Below, piece after piece: positions 1 to 6,958 of a stretch of 26,355 bases of DNA. A program made the position numbers and the translations under genes. The notes under the pieces were generated by a model that saw only the letters and a list, made by a program, of their open reading frames with translations, was not told where the DNA came from and did not search any database. This stretch comes from Anaerolineae bacterium (lineage in GTDB: Bacteria > Chloroflexota > Anaerolineae > UBA3071): NCBI GenBank assembly GCA_029907105.1, contig JARYMM010000050.1, positions 1-26,355 of the forward strand. Direction: 5' to 3'. Within the stretch, counting starts at the first letter, position 1. Each line of letters opens with the position of its first letter.

Positions 1-58
1 CCAGGCGGAGCCGGGCCGGGGGTGCGGGGGTGTCCCCCGAATTGTCCCCAGAATCAAC

Positions 59-91
59 GAGCACCCAGGGTTGCCCAAGCCCTGAGTGCTC
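59..91 (-). other. GC-rich stem-loop about 120 nt downstream of the acyltransferase gene (possible weak terminator)
   Basis: GAGCAC (59-64) pairs with GTGCTC (86-91), and the inner CAGGG (66-70) pairs with CCCTG (80-84). There is no clean U-tract on either strand. Confidence 0.2.
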
Positions 92-214
92 TATCAAAAA
101 GGAGGAGAAGAAGAGATTTACTCTCGCCAATATCCTACCACATTTCCTTCCCCCGTGCTGGACGTCTGCCCTACGCTTGCCCTACGTTCGCCCAGCGGCA
201 GCCGGACCCTTACC

Positions 215-1078
215 TCACTCCTCCGGCCAGATACGGCTGAAAGCCATCCACTGCTCCGGCCAATGGCTGATGTACTGCTCCATCACCTCCAGGCAACGGC
301 GCATGCCGCTGAGCACGTCGTCCTGCCCCTTGCGCAAGGTGATGGGCGGCTCGATGATGATCCGCACCCGCAGATCCTCGGTGCGCACCAGAAAAGCGGG
401 CAAAATAGGCGCACCGGTGCGCAGGGCGATGCGCACGTGCCCGTCGGGCATCAGCGCCGGGCGGCCGAAAAACTCCCCCCAGGTGCCGGAGTCGCTGAAA
501 TTGCGGTCGGCGGCCACGACGATCATCTCCCCCTGTTTGATGGCCCGCAGCAACTCTCGCGCCGCCTGGCCCAGGGGCACCGTACGGTAGCCGCTCCGCT
601 CCCGCCTGGAGATGAAGAACTCCTCTATGGGCCCGGCGTGCGACAGGGCCACCCCGGTTAACGGCACATTTCGGCTGGCGATCCAGGCTCCGCCCGCCTC
701 CCACGGCCCCATGTGTGCAATCATCAGGATGCCGCCGCGCCCGGAGGCCAGGGCTTCGTGCAGATACTCCTCGCCGGTAATGGAGGCGATAAGCTGATCC
801 AGCTCCCCGGCCAACAGCCGGGGCTGGCGGAAGAAATCCACCAGGCCGTAGGCGAAATAATCGAAGCCGGCCCGCGCCGTGCGCCGCACCGTGGCCTCGT
901 CGGCCTGCGGCCCGAGCACCTGGCGCAGATTGGTCAGCAACGTCGCCCGCGAGCGCCGATGAAAGACCCAATAGAGCCAGGCGACGATCCGTGCCAGACG
1001 GTAGGCCCACCCCATGGGCAGGCGCACGGCCAGGGATTCCCCTAACCTGTAAAACAGGTATCCGAGGGTGTCAAGCAT
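215..1078 (-). CDS. Lysophospholipid / lipid A-type acyltransferase (LpxL/HtrB family)
   Basis: 287-aa ORF with GC3-rich codons. It has an N-terminal hydrophobic anchor (YRLARIVAWLYWVF) and an H-x-G-x-W-E acyltransferase motif (AHMGPWE). VVAADRN and FFGRPALMPDGHVRIALRTGAPILP are typical of this family. Confidence 0.75.
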   Translation of the reverse strand: MLDTLGYLFYRLGESLAVRLPMGWAYRLARIVAWLYWVFHRRSRATLLTNLRQVLGPQADEATVRRTARAGFDYFAYGLVDFFRQPRLLAGELDQLIASITGEEYLHEALASGRGGILMIAHMGPWEAGGAWIASRNVPLTGVALSHAGPIEEFFISRRERSGYRTVPLGQAARELLRAIKQGEMIVVAADRNFSDSGTWGEFFGRPALMPDGHVRIALRTGAPILPAFLVRTEDLRVRIIIEPPITLRKGQDDVLSGMRRCLEVMEQYISHWPEQWMAFSRIWPEE

Positions 1079-1100
1079 GGCTCTCTCCGCCGGAGCCTCC

Positions 1101-2453
1101 CTATCTCCTGTCTTCTCCCCCCTCTGGCTTGCGCTTTCTCACGCGCAGGCGGAAACCATCGCGGCCCAGCACTTCCACCGACTCCCCGGCGGCGACCGGC
1201 CCATCCTCAGCCACGGCGTTCCATCGCTCTCCCTGCACGAAGACGATGCCCTCCGGATCGAGGGCCGTGCGCGCCCTGGCTATCTGTCCCACCAGCCCCT
1301 CGCCACCCGTGACCGCCGGCGCACGCTGGGCAGCCACCGCCTTGGCCACGGCGAAGAAGAAAAAGCCCCCTGTGGCCAGCCCCACGCCGATCACCAGCGG
1401 CAGGGAGATGCGAAAGTAGGGGCTGTTGAACAGCATCAGCGCGCCGAAAACGAAGGAGGCAATGCCTCCCAGCGTCAGCGCCCCGTGGGTCGGTGCCTTG
1501 ATGTCCAGGATGAAGAGGACGAAAGCCAGGCCGATGAAGAACAGGCCGCTGTAGTTGACGGGCAGCACGCCCAGCGCATACAGTCCCAACAGCAGGCAGA
1601 CAGCACCCACGATGCCTGCGGCGTAGCCACCGGGGCTGGAAAGCTCGAACAGCAGGGCGTTGAGCCCCAGGGTCAGCAGGATGAAGGCGATGTTGGGATT
1701 GAGGATGGTGTTCATGAACTGCTCGAAGGCGTTCAGGGGAAGATGCTCCACGGAGGCCCCGGCAGTGTGCAGCAGACGCCTCTCCCCGCCAATCTGCACC
1801 TCGAAGCCATCGAGATGGCGCAACAGGTCCTCCAGGTCGTCGGCGATAACGTCAATGACGCCCAACTCCAACGCTTCCTGCGCCGTGGCTGCGGCTGCTT
1901 CTTCCACGGCCCTGGCCGCCCATTCCACCGCCTTCTCGCCCCGCCGCTGGGCCAGGTTCTTGATGTCGGCCACCAGGATATTGGTGGCCTTCTTCAGCAT
2001 CGTTTCCGGCAACTCCTGCCCTTCACCGCTCACCGGCGCCGCAGCCCCGATGCTGCTGCCGGGGGCCATGGCCGCCACGTGCGCGGCCAGGGTGATGAAT
2101 GTTCCCGCTGAGCCAGCATGCGCCCGCGCCGGGGCCACATAGACGACGATGGGCACCCGGGCCTGGATCATGCGCTGGCTGATCTCCTTGGTGATGTCCG
2201 CCGAGCCGCCGGGCGTGTCCAGTTGCAGGACCAGCGCCTCGGCGTGGGTTGCCTCTGCAGCCTGAATACCTCGCTCGATGTAGTTGCTGAGGATGGGTGT
2301 CACCGCGCCTTTGAAGGTGAGCACCAGCACCCGGCCGGGCGCTTGCGCGCCGGCGCCGGTCACCAGCGCGGCCAGCGTCAGCAGCAGGTAGAAGCCGAGG
2401 CGTAGATGCTTCCAATATCTGGTGAACCGCCCATTCCCTCCTCTCGTGACCAT
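1101..2453 (-). CDS. NfeD-family membrane-bound ClpP-class serine protease (long form)
   Basis: 450 aa with an N-terminal signal/anchor. The ClpP/SppA-like core carries LQLDTPGGSADI and HAGSAGTFI. A block of about 4-5 hydrophobic helices follows, then a C-terminal OB-like NfeD domain (GLVGQIARARTALDPEGIVFVQGERWNAV...VEVLGRDGFRLRV). Confidence 0.85.
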   Translation of the reverse strand: MVTRGGNGRFTRYWKHLRLGFYLLLTLAALVTGAGAQAPGRVLVLTFKGAVTPILSNYIERGIQAAEATHAEALVLQLDTPGGSADITKEISQRMIQARVPIVVYVAPARAHAGSAGTFITLAAHVAAMAPGSSIGAAAPVSGEGQELPETMLKKATNILVADIKNLAQRRGEKAVEWAARAVEEAAAATAQEALELGVIDVIADDLEDLLRHLDGFEVQIGGERRLLHTAGASVEHLPLNAFEQFMNTILNPNIAFILLTLGLNALLFELSSPGGYAAGIVGAVCLLLGLYALGVLPVNYSGLFFIGLAFVLFILDIKAPTHGALTLGGIASFVFGALMLFNSPYFRISLPLVIGVGLATGGFFFFAVAKAVAAQRAPAVTGGEGLVGQIARARTALDPEGIVFVQGERWNAVAEDGPVAAGESVEVLGRDGFRLRVRKRKPEGGEDRR

Positions 2454-2486
2454 CTTGCCTCACCTCCCGGGGTTTTCCCCCATGAC

Positions 2487-2515
2487 ATTATACCTCATAT
2501 CCTCCCTCCAGACAA
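2487..2515 (-). promoter_or_regulatory. Putative sigma70-type promoter for the NfeD gene
   Basis: Read on the minus strand: -35 TTGTCT (2515-2510), a 17-nt spacer, then -10 TATAAT (2492-2487). A GGGAGGTGA Shine-Dalgarno lies 6 nt before the ATG at 2453. Confidence 0.4.
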
Positions 2516-2547
2516 AGAAAACCCCCGACCGGCTCGCCGATCGGGGG
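2512..2547 (-). terminator. Rho-independent terminator after the R3H/AAA ATPase gene
   Basis: Minus-strand RNA reads CCCCCGAUCGG-CGAG-CCGGUCGGGGG, an 11-bp stem with one mismatch and a 4-nt loop. It is followed directly by UUUUCUUUGU and begins 11 nt after the TGA stop at 2558-2560. Confidence 0.6.
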
Positions 2548-2557
2548 CATCCATGGC

Positions 2558-4081
2558 TCATCGCTCTTCCCGATAGATGCGCACTCTCCGTCGCGGCTCG
2601 CGGCCCTGGCTGTGCGAGACGAGATGCGCCTCCCGCGCCATTTCGTGTTGCAGGCGGCGGATGAACGCCGGTTGCGGCTGCAATTCCACCATCTCTGTGC
2701 CTGCCAGCACGCGGCGGATGGCTTCATCCGCCTCCTGCATGGCCTCGGCAAAGGGGTCCACCGGCTCCACCGGCAGGCCCATGATCTCGGCCAGGCAGGC
2801 CTCCATCTGCCGTACGGTGTTGGAGCGCAGCACGTAGACCGGAATCCCGCGCTCTTCCGCCGAGCTGATAGGCTGCGGCCGCCGCCGGTAATAGTTCTTC
2901 AGCGTCACTACCATGTTGGCCGCTGACACCTTGTCCACCAACTGCAACGGGATGTCCAGATTCTGGGCCGCCTGCTGCAGCTTGTTCTTGCCCACGCCAT
3001 AGGGGTAGATGCGCAGTGCCCGGTCCGGCAGCTTCTGCGGCACGCTGGCGCGGCGTTCCGCTTCCGGCAGGGGCCGCCTGACGGCGGGCGTGGTCTCGAT
3101 GCGCACCCGGCCTTCCTCATCGCGGATGCGCAGTTCGGGGGTGAGGGGCCGTCCGCGCAGCAGCGCATCCACGGCCGCCGACACGTCGTGATGCACCGCC
3201 AGCCGCTGGCGGTCCTGGATCTCCACCACCACATCGAAGGTGGGCGGCGCCCGCCGCTCCAGCACTGTCTTCTGTGTGCCCCGCCGCCGCGCCTCTTCGT
3301 CGCTCAGGGTCACGCTCTCGATGCCACCCACCAGGTCGGCCAGGGTGGGGTTCATCAGCAGGTTGTCCAGCGTGTTGCCATGGGCGGTGCCGATGAGCTG
3401 CACGCCTCGCTCGGCGATGGTGCGGGCCGCCGCCGCCTCCAGTTCCCGCCCGATCTCGTCAATGATGATCACCTCCGGCATGTGATTTTCCACAGCCTCG
3501 ATCATCACCTCGTGCTGCAGCGCCGGGGTGGGCACCTGCATGCGCCGCGCCCGGCCGATGGCCGGGTGGGGGATGTCGCCGTCGCCGCCGATCTCGTTCG
3601 AGGTGTCCACCACCACCACCCGCTTATGTTCGGCCAGAATGCGCGCCGCCTCCCGCAGCAGCGTTGTCTTGCCCACGCCGGGGCGGCCCAGCAGCAGGAT
3701 GTTTTTGCCCGATTCCACGATGTCCTGGATGATGTCAATGACGCCGTACACCGCCCGCCCCACGCGGCAGGTCAGCCCCACGATGTCCCCCTGCCGATTG
3801 CGGATGCAGGAGATGCGGTGCAGCGTGCGCTCGATGCCAGCCCGGTTATCGGTGGTGAACTCGCCGATGCGCTCGACGACATAGTCCAGCTCCTCCCGGC
3901 TCACCTCCTGTTCGTCCAGCGTCACCTCATGGGCGACGAAGCGGGCCTCGGGCCGCCGGCCCAGGTCGAGGACCACCTCCAGCAGCTCATCGCTGCGATT
4001 GGACTGGCGCACCGCCTCCTCAAGGTGCGGCGGCAGGACGCTCAGCAAGGCGTCTAGATCGTCGGTAATTCGTTGTTGCAT
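2558..4081 (-). CDS. SpoIIIAA/Ycf45-like AAA ATPase with C-terminal R3H nucleic-acid-binding domain
   Basis: 507 aa. Walker A is [14 protein letters not shown] and Walker B is EVIIIDEIG. The family signature [29 protein letters not shown] is present. The C-terminal R3H-like segment reads [21 protein letters not shown]. Confidence 0.8.
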   Translation of the reverse strand: MQQRITDDLDALLSVLPPHLEEAVRQSNRSDELLEVVLDLGRRPEARFVAHEVTLDEQEVSREELDYVVERIGEFTTDNRAGIERTLHRISCIRNRQGDIVGLTCRVGRAVYGVIDIIQDIVESGKNILLLGRPGVGKTTLLREAARILAEHKRVVVVDTSNEIGGDGDIPHPAIGRARRMQVPTPALQHEVMIEAVENHMPEVIIIDEIGRELEAAAARTIAERGVQLIGTAHGNTLDNLLMNPTLADLVGGIESVTLSDEEARRRGTQKTVLERRAPPTFDVVVEIQDRQRLAVHHDVSAAVDALLRGRPLTPELRIRDEEGRVRIETTPAVRRPLPEAERRASVPQKLPDRALRIYPYGVGKNKLQQAAQNLDIPLQLVDKVSAANMVVTLKNYYRRRPQPISSAEERGIPVYVLRSNTVRQMEACLAEIMGLPVEPVDPFAEAMQEADEAIRRVLAGTEMVELQPQPAFIRRLQHEMAREAHLVSHSQGREPRRRVRIYREER

Positions 4082-4094
4082 GCTCTATCCATAG

Positions 4095-4174
4095 TTGGTA
4101 TATTGGTAAACTGGTAACTGGTAAATTGGTGTGCGATACGAGTTTACCAATCTACCAATGTACCCATCTACCAA
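4095..4174. repeat. Mirror array of hexamers: 5x TTGGTA-like, then 4x TACCAA-like, period 7-8 bp
   Basis: TGGT(A/G) starts at 4096, 4104, 4112, 4119 and 4127. TACC(A/C)A starts at 4145, 4153, 4161 and 4169. The segment is AT-rich in a GC-rich genome. It lies between the stop of the 4183-5172 gene and the start of the ATPase gene at 4081. Confidence 0.7.
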
Positions 4175-4182
4175 CGACCGGT

Positions 4183-5172
4183 CTACCGGCTTGTGGGCAC
4201 CGCCCCGGGAACGGAAGGCTCCGCCCGCGGCTCCAACGCCGGCAAGGCCCGTCGCGCCGGTTCCCTGACCCGCACCACGGTGTGTTTGACCAGGCGAGAC
4301 CAGGTGGCCACCGGCCGAAAGCCACGCTCGCTCAACGGTGTGCGCACCCCACTTTGATACTCCCGCACCAGGCAGTAGACCGGCCGTGGCGGGTAGGCGG
4401 ACAGGACGGCCAGGCCCCGCTCCAGGAGCGCCAGCGGTTCCGAGGCCTCCCGAAAATCGCCCCACAGCCGCAGGCAATGTCCGAAGCGTCCGGGCTGCAC
4501 CAGCACCAGGCCGGCGATCTCCCCGTCTCGCTCCAGCACGAAGCGCTCCCAGCGACCCGGCATCTGTCCTGGCAGCGATGCGTCATCCTCCGGGCCTCCC
4601 AGGCCCTCCGCCTGTTGCACCAGGCGTGGCGTGATGGCCGTGTAGAGCTGGTACAACGCCCCGCCGTCCGTCGCGGCCAGGGGCCTGACCCGTTGCGCGC
4701 CCGGCCCTGGCTCGGCGGGCCGCTCGGTGCCGTACACCTCCTCCCGTGTGTAGGGGCTGAAGCCCATCTGCACGAACAGCGAGAGCATCTCCTGAGCCTC
4801 CTGGGGCAGGCTGGCAAAGAGCCGCTGCACCCGCTGCTCGCCGGCCTGCTGGGCGCAGTAGGCCAGCAGGCGACGCCAGAGGACGGCGATCTTCTCCTCC
4901 CCGGTCAACGCCGGGGCCAGGAAAACGATATCCGCTTCGGGGCGGCCAGGCCGCACGCGCATCTGGATGGCACCTCCTCCGGCTTCCCTGGAGACGTAGG
5001 TCACCGCGTCGCCGGCCCACCAGCGGAACGGCGCGCTCAGCGCCGTCCACGCCGGTGGCTCGCCGCCGGCCAGGGCGCAGTGCGGGTCAAGCCACACCCC
5101 GCGCGGCTGCAGGCGGTGGAGCAGGAAGAAATCACCCAGATCAAAGAGACGGATCATATCTCGGAAATCCAA
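4183..5172 (-). CDS. Conserved hypothetical protein, possibly a two-lobed GNAT-type acetyltransferase
   Basis: 329-aa ORF with coding-like GC3. Segments such as RFVLERDGEIAGLVLVQPGRFGHCLRLW and ERGFRPV resemble GNAT beta4/alpha3 and C-terminal motifs. The listed start is TTG; an ATG lies 5 codons downstream. The functional call is weak. Confidence 0.4.
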   Translation of the reverse strand: MDFRDMIRLFDLGDFFLLHRLQPRGVWLDPHCALAGGEPPAWTALSAPFRWWAGDAVTYVSREAGGGAIQMRVRPGRPEADIVFLAPALTGEEKIAVLWRRLLAYCAQQAGEQRVQRLFASLPQEAQEMLSLFVQMGFSPYTREEVYGTERPAEPGPGAQRVRPLAATDGGALYQLYTAITPRLVQQAEGLGGPEDDASLPGQMPGRWERFVLERDGEIAGLVLVQPGRFGHCLRLWGDFREASEPLALLERGLAVLSAYPPRPVYCLVREYQSGVRTPLSERGFRPVATWSRLVKHTVVRVREPARRALPALEPRAEPSVPGAVPTSR

Positions 5173-5245
5173 AGTTCAAAAACCAAAGTCCAAAGGAGGG
5201 CCGGAAAGCCCGTTATTCACCGGGAATGAGGCCCGCCCACATCTG

Positions 5246-5274
5246 ATTATAGACGGCAAAGCCTTCTATTGCAA
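5246..5274 (-). promoter_or_regulatory. Putative sigma70-type promoter for the 4183-5172 gene
   Basis: Read on the minus strand: -35 TTGCAA (5274-5269), a 17-nt spacer, then -10 TATAAT (5251-5246). It is about 75 nt upstream of the start codon. Confidence 0.35.
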
Positions 5275-5299
5275 ATGGGACAAGGGCCCAGGGTTGGCC

Positions 5300-6895
5300 C
5301 TATTCGCCGAAGACCTCGGCGGTGAAGGCGTAGAGATGGGCATCCGCTTCCCGCCAGGCGTCCTCGGTCAGACCCGCCTTGCGGCACACAGCCTGCAGGG
5401 ACTCCTCCCGATCCCATCCCTCCTCCAGCGCAACCTGGGGCAGCAAGACCCCCTGCTGCCTGCCCTTGACGATGACCAGCCCATGCACGCCTACCTCAAT
5501 GCTGTTCACGTCCTGCACTTCTTGCAAGGGGGTGAGGGCGGAGATTTCGATCTCGATCTGCGGCAGTTCCTCCGCCGTGACCGCCGGGAAGCGAGGGTCG
5601 GCCAGGGCCGCCGACAGCGCTGCCGACTGCACCGACAGGTAGAGTGGCTGCCTCCCCACCAGTTCGCCGATACAGCCGCGCAATTCGCCCTCCTTCTCCA
5701 GGGTGACGAAGGCAGCCCGCGCCTGCCATAGCCCTGGCTCGGCCGGATGGACGATGGGCGCATCCCCCAGGGTCAGGAAGCGCTCCAGCGTGGTGCGGGC
5801 CAGCTTCAGCAGAGCGGCCCGTTCCTGCCCGTTGAGTGGGGCGATGGGCTGAAGCTCGTGCCGTCCCATCCACGCTGCCGGTGCTGTCACCTCATCGCCC
5901 TGCCAGAACATCACTGCCCCGTAGCCCACCACCTGACCCCGGTCGGCGAAGGGGGTGTCGCCGGAGTTGGCGTAGCGCAGCACGACGGCGCGGTTGGCGC
6001 CCAGCGCTTTGGCGGTCAGCATGGCCGTGAGGATGGGGCCTTCGCCACAGGCGCAGGTGGCCAGGTTGGGGATGTTCTGGCTCATCATCTCGTCGCGGGC
6101 AGCGATGAACCGCTCCGGTTCCAGGCTGACGATGGCCTGCAGGATGGCCGTATCGGAGCGCACGGCGTCGTCGTAGGCCGGGTAGTGGGAGAGGTCGGAG
6201 CTGGCGATGATGAGCGCCCGTTTGCCTGAAAGCACCTGGGCCAGGGCGTCGGCCAGGGCATGGGTGTTCTCCGCGCTGGGCTCGCCGATGACCACAGGCA
6301 CGAAGCGCAGCCGCTCGCCGTAAAGCCGCTGCAGGAAGGGCAGTTGTACCTCCACCGAATGCTCCTGGCGGTGCACGTTGCGGTCGAAGACGAGGCGCTC
6401 GTCGGCCTCCAGGAGCGCCGCGGCCAGCTCCTCGTCCACCTGAGCCACTCCCAGCGGCGTCTCGAAACCGCCTTTGGCCCAGACCGACACCTGGCGGAAG
6501 GTGGGGTCGCGGTGATTGTTGCCCACGACGACGATGGCCTCGTACTCCACCCCCTCGATCTGTTTATAGGCTTGGGCGGCCACGTGGCCGGAGTAGACGT
6601 AACCAGCATGGGGCACGATGAGCGCTACCGGCAGGGGACGGCCGGGCACCGCTTCCGCCTCTGCCAGCAAGGCATCCACCTGCGCGGCCAGCGTCTGGGG
6701 GTTATCGGAATAGAAACTGCCAGCGGCGATGGCTTTGCGCACTTCGCCGGGAAGGGTCGTGGGCGTGCCGGCCGCCGGCAGGACGGCGGCGGTGGCCGTG
6801 GGTGCCGGCGTTCGCTCTCTCACCGCGCACGAGGGCAACACAGCAGCGAGAGCTGCAATGATCAGAAGACCGACTTTGCCGTGTCGATTCATCAT
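5300..6895 (-). CDS. Fusion of a Memo-like domain (AmmeMemoRadiSam system protein B) and an AMMECR1 domain (protein A), with an N-terminal signal or lipoprotein peptide
   Basis: 531 aa. The N-terminus MMNRHGKVGLLIIAALAAVLPSCAV is a hydrophobic core followed by Cys. The Memo signature is VPHAGYVYSGHVAAQAY ... SSDLSHY. The AMMECR1 signature is AAFVTLEKEGELRGCIGE ... PRFP ... LEIEISALTPL. An AGGAG Shine-Dalgarno lies just upstream of the tandem ATGs. Confidence 0.85.
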   Translation of the reverse strand: MMNRHGKVGLLIIAALAAVLPSCAVRERTPAPTATAAVLPAAGTPTTLPGEVRKAIAAGSFYSDNPQTLAAQVDALLAEAEAVPGRPLPVALIVPHAGYVYSGHVAAQAYKQIEGVEYEAIVVVGNNHRDPTFRQVSVWAKGGFETPLGVAQVDEELAAALLEADERLVFDRNVHRQEHSVEVQLPFLQRLYGERLRFVPVVIGEPSAENTHALADALAQVLSGKRALIIASSDLSHYPAYDDAVRSDTAILQAIVSLEPERFIAARDEMMSQNIPNLATCACGEGPILTAMLTAKALGANRAVVLRYANSGDTPFADRGQVVGYGAVMFWQGDEVTAPAAWMGRHELQPIAPLNGQERAALLKLARTTLERFLTLGDAPIVHPAEPGLWQARAAFVTLEKEGELRGCIGELVGRQPLYLSVQSAALSAALADPRFPAVTAEELPQIEIEISALTPLQEVQDVNSIEVGVHGLVIVKGRQQGVLLPQVALEEGWDREESLQAVCRKAGLTEDAWREADAHLYAFTAEVFGE

Positions 6896-6904
6896 CCCAC
6901 TCCT

Positions 6905-6946
6905 GAAACGTGAAACGTAAAACGTGAAACGTAAGTCGTAGACGTG
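6905..6946. repeat. Six-unit 7-bp tandem repeat (GAAACGT-like) with a phased ACGT core
   Basis: The units are gaaacgt gaaacgt aaaacgt gaaacgt aagtcgt agacgtg. ACGT recurs at 6908, 6915, 6922, 6929 and 6942, with TCGT at 6936. The array fills most of the 63-nt gap between the TIR-propeller stop (6959) and the Memo-AMMECR1 Shine-Dalgarno and start. Confidence 0.75.
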
Positions 6947-6958
6947 CTTCCTTTTTGT

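Noticed and set aside
1-214. Possible small gene or RNA at the left edge. An AAGGAGG-like string lies near 99-105, and open minus-strand frames run off the window
   Set aside because: No start codon follows the AAGGAGG at a usable distance. The edge frames are too short to evaluate. No tRNA-like or other RNA signature was recognised.
210-1010. Same-strand alternative-frame ORFs, for example 210-1010, 2023-2463, 4332-4817, 4583-5050, 6085-6609, 8211-8915, 10693-11385, 17178-17690, 19007-19720 and 20099-20524
   Set aside because: They are out-of-frame overlaps of the assigned genes, with Arg/Pro/Gly-rich composition typical of off-frame translation. There is no independent evidence for overlapping genes.
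5284-5300. Short GGGCC/GGCCC hairpin immediately after the Memo-AMMECR1 stop, as a possible terminator
   Set aside because: The stem is only 5 bp and no U-tract follows (TTGTCCCATTTGC). That is too weak to call.
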